From the NCBI GenBank assembly GCA_050117435.1, contig JASFMS010000001.1:1-27446 (forward strand): a stretch of 27,446 bases of DNA, read 5' to 3'. Positions 16,788-25,800 of the stretch are shown here, piece after piece. Below the pieces are notes generated by a model. The model worked only from the letters and a program-made list of their open reading frames with translations. It did not search any database and was not told the DNA's origin. The translations under genes were made by a program, and so were the position numbers. This DNA comes from Ectothiorhodospiraceae bacterium. Lineage in GTDB: Bacteria > Pseudomonadota > Gammaproteobacteria > Nitrococcales > Nitrococcaceae. Position 1 is the stretch's first letter. The number at the start of each line of letters is the position of its first letter.

Positions 16788-17630
16788 ATGCGTACCATCA
16801 GAAATTTCCTCGGCGAACCTCTGCTACAGTTCCTCGTCCTGGGCGGGTTGCTGTTCGCGATCCACGCTGCCGTGACGCCGGAGGAACCCGGTGGAGACAA
16901 GCTGACAATCCATGTCACTCCCGAGCGAATCGCCCAGCTCGACAAGAGGTTCCAGCAGGTCTGGCGCCGCGCGCCGTCCGAGGCGGAGGCCAAGGGCCTT
17001 CTCCAGAACTACATCCGCGAGGAAGTCCTCTATCGGGAAGCGCTCGCCCTTGGGCTCGACCGCAACGACCCGGTCGTACGTAACCGCCTGCGCCTGAAGC
17101 TCGAATTCCTGGCGGACAGCGGCGCCCAGCTATTGGATCCGGGGGACGAGGCACTCCAGGCGTTCCTCGACGCGAGGACGGAAGACTATCTGGTTCCGGC
17201 GCGTCTCGCCTTTCGCCAACTCTACCTGGGGAGCGATCCCAGCCGGGAGCAGATCGCCGCCGTCAGATCGGCGGCCCTGAAAACGGGCAGCGGCACACCT
17301 GCCGATTCCCTCGGCAACCCAAGCATCCTCCCGACGGATATTCCTCTCGCGACTGCCCGATCTGTGGACGGGCAGTTCGGCAAGGGATTCTTCGCCGCAG
17401 TGAGCGATCTGCCAAAGGGGCAGTGGACGGGGCCCGTCCGCTCCGCGTACGGAGAACACCTCATACGCGTCGAGCGCAGCGAACCCGCCCGGCTGCCGGA
17501 GCTCGCCGAAATCCGTCAGCGCGTGCTCCGGGACTGGCGCGTCCGCCGAGCCGAGGAACTGCGCGATGAGCAGTACCGATCGATGCGCGCCCGATATCGA
17601 GTCGTCATTGATGAGGAGATGCCCCAATGA
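16788..17630 (+). CDS. PpiC/parvulin-like (Rotamase_2) membrane-anchored peptidyl-prolyl isomerase family protein
   Basis: EPLLQFLVLGGLLF anchor; EEVLYREALALGLDRNDPVVRNRL; FGKGFF; WTGPVRSAYGEHLIRV. Confidence 0.85.
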   Translation: MRTIRNFLGEPLLQFLVLGGLLFAIHAAVTPEEPGGDKLTIHVTPERIAQLDKRFQQVWRRAPSEAEAKGLLQNYIREEVLYREALALGLDRNDPVVRNRLRLKLEFLADSGAQLLDPGDEALQAFLDARTEDYLVPARLAFRQLYLGSDPSREQIAAVRSAALKTGSGTPADSLGNPSILPTDIPLATARSVDGQFGKGFFAAVSDLPKGQWTGPVRSAYGEHLIRVERSEPARLPELAEIRQRVLRDWRVRRAEELRDEQYRSMRARYRVVIDEEMPQ

Positions 17631-18637
17631 AGGGGGCACACCGGCTGGGTTACGTCACCTTTCTGGTCGCTATTCTGTGCGCTCCGGTTGGAAACGCATT
17701 CGCCCATGCGCTGGATCCGGGCTTTATTGCCGTGCGGGCGCTGAGCGAGAGCACCTACGCCGTGAGCTTCAAGGTTCCGCAGGCAGGGGGGGCTCCCCTG
17801 CCACTGCAGGCACGGCTACCTGAGAACTGCTCCCCACGGCAGCCCGGTAGTCTGACTCCGGCGGGAAACGCTTTCCTTGCCAAGACCGTGACTCACTGCC
17901 CTGGCGGACTGGGAGGCGGTCGTCTGGTTGTGGACGGCCTGCCGGTCACGTCCACCGACGTCCTTGTGCATATCGAGTGGCTGGACGGCACGACCCGCAC
18001 GGACCGTCTCACCCCGGACCAGCCCACCCTCGTTATCGCTGGGCCTCCGACCGCCCTGGAGCAGGTCCGAACCTATCTGCTGTTGGGGATCGAGCACATA
18101 CTCCTAGGCATCGATCATCTGCTGTTCGTGCTCGCGCTGATCCTTCTCGTGCGCGGCGGGATGCGAGTGGTGAAGACGGTCACCGCCTTTACCGTCGCCC
18201 ATTCCATCACCCTCTCCGCGGCCACCCTGGGATACGTCCACGTCCCGGTGCCGCCGGTGGAAGCGGTAATCGCCCTGTCCATACTCTTTGTGGCCGTGGA
18301 GGTTCTCAAAAGGGGTAACGGTCCGATGCGTCTCGCCGAGCGCCAGCCCTGGATGGTGGCCTTCGCCTTCGGCCTCCTGCACGGGTTCGGTTTCGCCGGC
18401 GCCCTGGCGGAAGCCGGCATCCCCGAGCCCGAGATTCCTACGGCGCTGCTGCTCTTCAATGTCGGCGTGGAACTGGGTCAGATCGCCTTTGTTGGCGCCG
18501 TTTTTCTTCTCTGGCGGGGAATCCGTCTCATTCCCGTGCGCTGGCCGGCGCCTGTCCGGGCGTTGCCGGTCTATCTGATCGGGACCCTGGCGGCCTACTG
18601 GACCGTCGAGCGCACGCTTTCCGCCTTCTACGGTTGA
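17627..18637 (+). CDS. HupE/UreJ family membrane protein with an N-terminal exported domain
   Basis: Signal peptide ending AFA-H; LGIEHILLGIDHLLFV, TAFTVAHSITL, VEAVIALSI, FGLLHGFGFA, FNVGVELGQ. ATGA overlap with the PpiC gene. Confidence 0.9.
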   Translation: MKGAHRLGYVTFLVAILCAPVGNAFAHALDPGFIAVRALSESTYAVSFKVPQAGGAPLPLQARLPENCSPRQPGSLTPAGNAFLAKTVTHCPGGLGGGRLVVDGLPVTSTDVLVHIEWLDGTTRTDRLTPDQPTLVIAGPPTALEQVRTYLLLGIEHILLGIDHLLFVLALILLVRGGMRVVKTVTAFTVAHSITLSAATLGYVHVPVPPVEAVIALSILFVAVEVLKRGNGPMRLAERQPWMVAFAFGLLHGFGFAGALAEAGIPEPEIPTALLLFNVGVELGQIAFVGAVFLLWRGIRLIPVRWPAPVRALPVYLIGTLAAYWTVERTLSAFYG

Positions 18638-18680
18638 TTGCCAACGTTGAATCGGGGCCGTCAAAGGCGGGAGGCGCCTG

Positions 18681-19565
18681 TCAGCGGCCTTCCAGACGCG
18701 CACCCTCCTCCTTCAACGCCGCCGCGACGAAGTCCAGCAGCGCCCTGACCCTCGCAACACGGCGCAGGTCGGGATGTGTGAGAAGCCACAGCTGCGTATC
18801 GAGCTCCGGGAGAGGCTCACTCAACCGCGTCAACCCGGGGTCACCGTCGCAGAGATAACACGGCAACGCCGCCACACCCAGTCCCGAACGAACGGCGGCG
18901 TGCATGCCCAACAGCGAGTTAACCCGGTAGCGGCAGCGGTCATCCAGCTTCCGCGCCAGCATCCATTTCTCCAGCGCGTCGTACATCAGGCCTTCGTCCG
19001 GACCTACCCAATCGCACGCCGAAAATTCCGGCGGCTTGTTCCCGTGCCCGTATTCCCCCGAGTCTCCGTATACGGCCTGAGCCAGGGTGGCTACACGACG
19101 TCCCACAAGGGTCTCCGGCGGGGTCCGGGTGGGCCGTATGGCGACCTCCGCCTCGCGCCGGGAAAGGCTGAAGAAATAATTGGAGACAGCGATATCCAGC
19201 TCGATTTCCGGATAACGGCGGCGAAAGTCCCTGAAGATCCGCGAAAGCACCCCATACAACAGGGTATCGGTGGTCGTGATCCGTACCGTACCGAAGGGTC
19301 GAAGATCACGACCCGCCAGCCGGCGCTCAAGGCCCAGGACTTCCGCCTCCACCCGGTTCGCCGCCGCCGCCATGTCCTCACCGGCGGATGTCGGCGCGTA
19401 TCCCTCCCTCGACCGATGGAAAAGCTCGACGCCGAGACGTCGCTCGATCTCCCCGAGCCGGCGAAACACCGTCGCGTGACTGACGCCCAGCTGGCGTTTC
19501 GCGCCCGACAGGGAGCCCGTGCGAGCAATCGCAAGCACCACCTGCAGATCGTTCCAGGGAAGCAT
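18681..19565 (-). CDS. LysR-family transcriptional regulator
   Basis: WNDLQVVLAIARTGSLSGA...LGVSHATVFRRLGEIERRLGVELF HTH; GTVRITT; LSRREAEVAIR; LWLLTHPDLRRVARVRALLDF. Start is 19565 or 19577. Confidence 0.93.
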   Translation of the reverse strand: MLPWNDLQVVLAIARTGSLSGAKRQLGVSHATVFRRLGEIERRLGVELFHRSREGYAPTSAGEDMAAAANRVEAEVLGLERRLAGRDLRPFGTVRITTTDTLLYGVLSRIFRDFRRRYPEIELDIAVSNYFFSLSRREAEVAIRPTRTPPETLVGRRVATLAQAVYGDSGEYGHGNKPPEFSACDWVGPDEGLMYDALEKWMLARKLDDRCRYRVNSLLGMHAAVRSGLGVAALPCYLCDGDPGLTRLSEPLPELDTQLWLLTHPDLRRVARVRALLDFVAAALKEEGARLEGR

Positions 19566-19566
19566 G

Positions 19567-19582
19567 TTTGCAGTCATGCAAA
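19567..19582. promoter_or_regulatory. Candidate LysR operator
   Basis: Palindrome TTTGCA-GTCA-TGCAAA directly upstream of the LysR start, in the divergent intergenic region. Confidence 0.55.
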
Positions 19583-19667
19583 TTTTATTGTCGCTAACGG
19601 GGAATAGTCGTTCTTTATCGCAAAGTCTATCGTCGGTTGGCGTTGACACATACCGAAGGAAGAATCC

Positions 19668-20417
19668 ATGCACGCGCTCATCGTCCATTGCCATCCGGAG
19701 CCAGGTTCATTCAACGGCGCACTGAAGGACATTGCGGTCCGGACTTTTCGTCGCCTCGGTCACTCGGTGGAGGTGTCGGACCTGTACGCCCAACGCTTCG
19801 ACCCCGCGGAAGGGCCGGGCCATTTCCGGGAACGGGCGGACCCCGAATACTTTTCGGCCATGACGGAGCAGCGGCACGGCAGCGAACACGACGGACTCCC
19901 CGAAGACGTCCGTCGGGAGATCAAGCGGCTGGACCGCGCGGACCTGGTGGTATTCCAGTTTCCACTCTGGTGGCATGCCCAGCCGGCCATGCTGAAGGGG
20001 TGGTTCGATCGCGTATTCGTTTACGGCGGCATGTATTCCGGGAGGATGCGCTGGGATCGCGGGCGTTACCACGGCCGCCGAGCCATATGCTCGGTCACCA
20101 CCGGCGGCCCGGCGCCGACCTTCAGCCGCACGGGACGCAGCGGTGCCATCGAGTTACTGATGTGGCCGATTCACTGCTCGCTGTACTACCTGGGTTACAG
20201 CGTGCTGCCACCGTTCATTGCCCACGGCATCCAGGGCGGTGGCCCCGTCTATCAGGCCGAAGAAGCCTTTCGGGCGCAGCTTGAACGGGATAAACAGCGC
20301 TGGGCCCAGCGGCTGGAAGGCCTGGAGGATGCTCAACCCATTCCATTCGCCGGTTGGGTGGACTGGAACGAGCAAGGCCTTCTAAAGGCGGAGAGTCCGG
20401 CCAGTTGGCGGCCGTAG
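19668..20417 (+). CDS. NAD(P)H-dependent quinone oxidoreductase (Flavodoxin_2 / NQO1-like)
   Basis: LIVHCHPEPGSFN, SDLYAQRFDP, ADLVVFQFPLWW...PAMLKGWFDRVF, SVTTGG. Divergent from LysR. Confidence 0.92.
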   Translation: MHALIVHCHPEPGSFNGALKDIAVRTFRRLGHSVEVSDLYAQRFDPAEGPGHFRERADPEYFSAMTEQRHGSEHDGLPEDVRREIKRLDRADLVVFQFPLWWHAQPAMLKGWFDRVFVYGGMYSGRMRWDRGRYHGRRAICSVTTGGPAPTFSRTGRSGAIELLMWPIHCSLYYLGYSVLPPFIAHGIQGGGPVYQAEEAFRAQLERDKQRWAQRLEGLEDAQPIPFAGWVDWNEQGLLKAESPASWRP

Positions 20418-20502
20418 TTCCTACTCCGGAAGCGGGATGCTCCCACTCACGCCCGGTTACGGTGGGTACGGATGGCGGCGAAAGCGCCTACCGTCGCGGA
20501 AT

Positions 20503-20655
20503 CTACAACAGCAGGGTAATCGCGAGCATCCACTCCGGCAGTGGCCGGCCGGTAATTCCATAACCGATCATGACCGCAGTGAAGAGTGCGCCGGCGCTGA
20601 ACGCCGCCAGGCCGATACGCTGCATGCCGGTCAGCTTCTGACTATCGCTGGACAT
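20503..20655 (-). CDS. Putative 50-aa small membrane protein
   Basis: MSSDSQKLTGMQRIGLAAFSAGALFTAVMIGYGITGRPLPEWMLAITLLL. GC3-rich codons, fills an otherwise empty gap, weak SD. Alternative start at 20625. Confidence 0.5.
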   Translation of the reverse strand: MSSDSQKLTGMQRIGLAAFSAGALFTAVMIGYGITGRPLPEWMLAITLLL

Positions 20656-20690
20656 CGTCGTGACTGCTCGTATTCCCGGAAGGCCGCCTA

Positions 20691-20718
20691 TTGTCGCAGG
20701 CTTGGAGCGCGCTATAAA
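20691..20718 (+). promoter_or_regulatory. Possible sigma70 promoter for the OmpR-type gene
   Basis: TTGTCG (20691-20696), 16-bp spacer, TATAAA (20713-20718). GTG start at 20749. Confidence 0.4.
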
Positions 20719-20748
20719 TACTCTGGTACAAACCAGTGGATAGCGCCC

Positions 20749-21462
20749 GTGAACGAAACTTCCCCCCGCGTCCTGGTCGTCGACGACGAAGCGCCCGTGC
20801 GCGAGATGATTGCCGAATACCTCACCCGTTACGGCTTCACCGTGGACGCGGCCGCTGACGGTGGGCAGATGCGCGAGCGATTGTCGGCCGCCCGGCCGGA
20901 CGTGGTGCTGCTGGACATCGCCATGCCGGGCGAGGACGGACTGACTCTGGCCCGCTACCTGCGGGAACACTGCGACGTCGGCATCATAATGGTCACGGCG
21001 TCGGGCGAGGTGGTGGAACGGATCGTCGGGCTCGAGGTCGGCGCCGATGACTACATCGCCAAACCCTTCGACCCGCGGGAACTCCTGGCTCGCGTGCGCA
21101 GCGTACTTCGCCGGCTGAAGGCGACAGCGGCCGCCCCGGCGGAACAGGACACGAACCGGAGGGTACGCGTCGGAAACTGCACGCTGGACCTGGACGCCCG
21201 CCGCCTGTTGGGGGAGGACGGCGAGGACATTCCCATTACCGCCATGGAGTTCGATCTGTTGCAGATCTTCGTGTCCCGCCCGAACCGGGTCCTCAGCCGG
21301 GACGACATCCTGAACCTGACGCAGAACCGCGACTGGGACCCTTTCGACCGCAGCGTCGACATCCGAATCGCGCGCCTGAGAAAGAAGATCGAGCTGGACC
21401 CCGCGAAACCCAGCCTGATCCGGACTATCCGCGGGGCCGGGTACGTTTTCGTGCCGGCATAG
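20749..21462 (+). CDS. OmpR-family response regulator (REC + winged helix)
   Basis: VLVVDDE, VVLLDIAMPGEDG, GLEVGADDYIAKPFDPRELLARVR, FDRSVDIRIARLRKKIE, IRTIRGAGYVF. GTG start at 20749. Confidence 0.94.
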   Translation: MNETSPRVLVVDDEAPVREMIAEYLTRYGFTVDAAADGGQMRERLSAARPDVVLLDIAMPGEDGLTLARYLREHCDVGIIMVTASGEVVERIVGLEVGADDYIAKPFDPRELLARVRSVLRRLKATAAAPAEQDTNRRVRVGNCTLDLDARRLLGEDGEDIPITAMEFDLLQIFVSRPNRVLSRDDILNLTQNRDWDPFDRSVDIRIARLRKKIELDPAKPSLIRTIRGAGYVFVPA

Positions 21463-21506
21463 GGGAACGCTGAGTAATTCCCCCGTGCCTCTGCCCGCCT
21501 CCTTCA

Positions 21507-22376
21507 TTACCGCAATGCCGGCAGCGGCGAAACCTCCGGCGCCATGCCGGTCGCCGGCACGCTGAACCGGATCGTGGCCGGCGTATGGCAAGCGATGAAT
21601 CCCGCAATGACGGGGTTGACCCGTGCCGCGTCCACCACGGGCGCCATGTGGCCCGCACCCACGGGGCCCCGAACCCGGAAACGCCTCAGTCCGCGCCCCA
21701 TGACACTGATGATTTCCCTGACGGGCCGCCGGCACCCGACCCCGAAAAGGCAGAGCACGGGCACCCGGACCTCCCTGAGGTCGGCGAGCGTCGTATCGTC
21801 CGTCATCAGCGAGACGAACGTACGGTAGACGGTCTCCATTCTCGCCACGATTCGGCATTGTTGCTGCCGGTTAAGCCGCTGCCACGACGCCGACCCTGAC
21901 CAGTAGTCGAAGAATCGGTGGGCACCGGGCTCCGGGTCGCCGCGCCGCAGGGACCCGCCGATAGCGTTCTTGACCGCCAGAACCTCAGCCAGTGTTGCCC
22001 TGCCATGGCGGCTGAGCTGCAGGAGCCGGAACGCGACCGGCTCGTACAGAGTGAGGCTGCGAACCGTGTCGGGATACATAACCGCAATCTTCATTGCGAC
22101 GGCCGCGCCGTAGGAGTGCCCCACCAGATGAAGGCGTTCACCCTGGGCTCGAACGACGGGCTCCAGACGGCGGGCTTCCACCGCCAGGCTCGGTGACTCG
22201 TGCCCCCAGTCCTCGCTGGCTCCGTGACCGACCAGGTCAGGGGCCAGCACCCGGTAGCCGCGCTGCAGGTGTTCCATCGCCGACCGCCACTGCCGCGCAC
22301 TGCTGCCGCTGCTGTGCAGCAACATCACAGGCGCACCCTCGCCGGAATCGCTCATGGGGACCCGGGGGTGTGTCAT
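21507..22376 (-). CDS. Alpha/beta-fold hydrolase
   Basis: VMLLHSSG, APDLVGHG, nucleophile elbow GHSYG, LYEPV, C-terminal GAGHMAP (catalytic His). Strong GGAGG SD. Confidence 0.9.
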   Translation of the reverse strand: MTHPRVPMSDSGEGAPVMLLHSSGSSARQWRSAMEHLQRGYRVLAPDLVGHGASEDWGHESPSLAVEARRLEPVVRAQGERLHLVGHSYGAAVAMKIAVMYPDTVRSLTLYEPVAFRLLQLSRHGRATLAEVLAVKNAIGGSLRRGDPEPGAHRFFDYWSGSASWQRLNRQQQCRIVARMETVYRTFVSLMTDDTTLADLREVRVPVLCLFGVGCRRPVREIISVMGRGLRRFRVRGPVGAGHMAPVVDAARVNPVIAGFIACHTPATIRFSVPATGMAPEVSPLPALR

Positions 22377-22606
22377 CGCTCCTCCCTCCTCGTCGCGAAG
22401 ATCCCGCGGCCCATGAAAAGCACGTCCTCGCGCCGGATACCCATGTCCCGCAACTGACGGTCTTCCATCTCCATGAGGATGCGCCGGTCCCTTCTGTTCC
22501 TGGCGCCGCGCGCCACGGCATTCAGGACGGAGCGGAGCCGGTCTGCCGCCGCTCTCGCAAAACCGGAGCCGTAGCCGGCGGTCAATGCTGTGTCGTTTGC
22601 TTTCAT
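22373..22606 (-). CDS. DUF1127 (YjiS-like) small protein
   Basis: RNRRDRRILMEMEDRQLRDMGIRREDV matches the DUF1127 RxxLxxLxDxxLxDIGLxRxD motif. GGAGG SD before the ATG at 22606. ATGA overlap with the hydrolase. Confidence 0.88.
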   Translation of the reverse strand: MKANDTALTAGYGSGFARAAADRLRSVLNAVARGARNRRDRRILMEMEDRQLRDMGIRREDVLFMGRGIFATRREER

Positions 22607-22865
22607 CGGAATTCCTCCATCGAACCCGTCCGCTTGGCGGGCACGTACATGTGGTTGTCTATCCAAGCTTCAGGCTACGGAAGGGAGGTATCCGGGGGAT
22701 TTCGCGGTGCGGTGCGGTTGTCTACCCCTTGTTTCCATGAACGCCAACGGTCCGCAGATTGCTTCGACACCGTTTCATTTGTTTCCGGTACGTATCCAGG
22801 ACAGCGCGCGGGGCGCTCCATGCAACATAATTCCCTTGGGACAACCCACCCCGCGGAGGCCCGCC

Positions 22866-25800
22866 GTGTCACCGACATGCTCTTTCGACAGCGCAACGGG
22901 GACGCCCCCGGAAGGCCCCGTCATCGGGGGACCACTCGAGCAGATCCTGGACCACGGGCACCTGCTGGTGGCGGTAAAGGATTCCCGGCTGCGATACGTC
23001 AGCGCGAGTCGGCCGCTGCGGGAGATGTTCCGGCACTTCGGCTGCGACGACCCGGTTGGCAAGACGGTCGCGGAGATTCTGCCCGATTCCTACGCCGGCG
23101 AGATGGATCGCCAGGACCGGCTGGTCATCACGTCCGGCCTACCCTCGGAGAACGAGGGCCAGTTGGAAGTGGACGGCAGCGTCCGAACCTATCTTTTCGC
23201 GCGTACTCCCCTTTTCGATGCGGAGGGTGCACCTTCGGGCCTGTGCACCATTGCCACCGAGATCACCGTGCGAAAACGCACGGAAGATGCCTTGCGCGAC
23301 GTGGCACTCGGGGTTTCCGCCAGTGGCGGTGAGCAGATCCACCGGCAGATCGTGCGTTTTCTGGCAAAGACGCTGAACGTGGATGTCGCGATGATCGGGG
23401 TGCTGGACGGTGAAGACTCGGACCGGATCCGGACACTCGCCATCTGGCACTCGCGAAACTTTATCCCGAACGTCACTTACGAGCTCATGGGCACGCCCTG
23501 CGAGTACGTCGTGGGCCGGGCCTTCGAATTTGTTCCGCGTCGCCTCCAGGAGCTGTTCCCGGAGGACGGCATGATGCGCACCTTCGACCTGCAGAGCTAC
23601 GCCGCCTACCCGCTTTTCGACTCCCAGCAGAAGCCCCTGGGGCTGATCAGCGTCGCCGATCGGAAACCGTTGACGGACCGGGCGATCACGGAATCCATCC
23701 TCAAGATCTTCTCGGTGCGTGCCGCATCGGAGGTGGAACGGGCGCGTACCGAGCGGGAAAAGCGCATATCCACAGCAAGTTATCGCAACATCTTCGAAGC
23801 CACTGAAGACTGCATTTTCATCCACGACTTCGATACCGGTCGGTTCGTGGATATGAACCCCAGGGCATGCGAGACGTACGGCTATACCCGCGAGGAGCTA
23901 CTCGGGCTGGACGTCGGCCAGATCAGCTCCGGCGAACCTCCCTACACCCTGGAAACCGCCAAGGAGTACATGGACCGCGCGCGCGCGGGTGAGACGGTGC
24001 GTGCCGAATGGCACCGGCGCAACAAGGACGGAAGCCTTCATTGGGACGAAGTTGTCCTGAAGACCGCGGTTCTGGCCGGACGGAAGCGGGTGTTGGCCGT
24101 GACCCGGGACATTACCGAACGAAAGCGCGCGGAAGCGGCATTGCGTTCGCGAGAGGAACAGTACCGGGCCATTTTCAATGCCTCAGTCGACGGCATGGCG
24201 CTGTGGAGCACGGACGGGCGGATCGTCGACGTCAACCCGGCCTTCGCCGCCATGCACGGCTATTCCCGGGATGAGATGCTCGTGCAGGACCCCTATACCT
24301 TCGTGCATCCGGATTCCTACGAACAACTCGCGCGCTTTTTCGACACCTTTGCCACGGGACAGCCGTTCCATACCGAAGCCCGCGATATAAGACGCGACGG
24401 CACCGTTCTCGACGTGGAGGTCAGCGGCGTGTTGATGGACTACCTGGGCGAGCCCCATCTCCTGTCCATTGTTCGCGACATCACCGAACGCCGCCGGGCG
24501 GAAGAGCGTCTCCGTGCCAGCGAGGAACAGTATCGCGCCATCTTCGACGCCTCCGCGGACGCCATGGTGCTCTATAACGCCGACGGCCACATTGTTGACG
24601 TAAACCCTGCTTTTGTAACGCTTTACGGATACACGCGCGAACAGATTCTCGAAATGCCGCCGCAGCAACGCTTCCATTCCGACGCGCTTCCGGTGCTGCA
24701 GCGTTTTCTCGATCGCGTGCGCACGGGCTGGTTCCACGAGGGCGAGCGTGCCAATCGGCCGTTGAAGGAAGAAACCCGCGAAACCACGCGGGACGGGCGC
24801 AATCTCGACCTGGAAGCCCACCTGGTGGCCATGTACTACCAGAGTCGCCCTCACGTGCTGTGCATCAAACGGGACATCACCGAGCGTAAGGAGCGCGAGG
24901 CCGCGCTCCACAAGAGCGAAGACCGGCTGCGTGCCACGGTGGAGGCGGCTCTGGACTGCATCGTAAGCATGGACGCCGAGGGGAACATCATCGAGTTCAA
25001 CCCGGCCGCGGAGCGCTGCTTCGGTTACCGGCGCGCGGAAGCGCTGGGACAGCCTCTTGCCGAGCTGCTGATACCCGAAAGGGACCGGGAAGCTCACCGT
25101 CAGGGGCTGGCACGCTACCTGACCCGGAAGGAAGGTCCCTACCTGGGCCGACGCATGCAGGTTACGGCACTTCGCCGCGACGGCACGGAGTTTCCCGCGG
25201 AACTGGCCATTGCCGTGGCACAGGGAGCCGACGGAGACATCTTCATCGGCTACCTTCGGGACATTACCGAGCAGCGTCAGGCGGACCGGGCACGCGTCGA
25301 GCTCGAGCGCCAGCTGCGCCAGGCGCAGAAAATGGAGGCCATAGGGCACCTTACCGGCGGAATCGCACACGATTTCAACAACATTCTCACCAGCGTTCTC
25401 GGCTATACCCTGCTCGCCCGAGAGTCCGCAGCCGGCCAAGAAAAGCTGTTGCGCTATCTGGACCAGGTGCAGACCGCCGGCGAACGTGCCAGGGACCTGA
25501 TCCGACAGATGCTCACCTTCAGCCGCGGCGAACGCGGCGAGCCCCGTTTCATGCGATTGTCCACACTGGTGACCGAAGCGGTCCGCCTTTTCGGATCGAC
25601 CTTTCCCTCCAGCGTCGAATTCCGCACCGAGCCGGATCCCAACGCCCCGGGGGTGCGCGCCGATCCCGTTCTCGTGGAGCAGGTTCTGATGAACCTGTGC
25701 ATCAACGCGCGTGACGCCATGAATGGCGAAGGAACAATCCGCATCACCGTCGATTACCATCCCGCGCTTGCGGGTGTGTGCGCGTCGTGCCGGCAGTCCG

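Noticed and set aside
21462-21483. GGGGAA/TTCCCC inverted repeat between convergent genes
   Set aside because: Only 6 bp with a 10-nt loop and no U-tract; too weak to call a terminator.
22590-22865. Longer starts given by the ORF track (hybrid kinase 22590; also 15998, 19694, 20437, 11561, 3501, 5049)
   Set aside because: The extensions overlap divergent genes or promoters and lack domain content. Downstream starts mostly have better SD sequences or stop/start overlaps.
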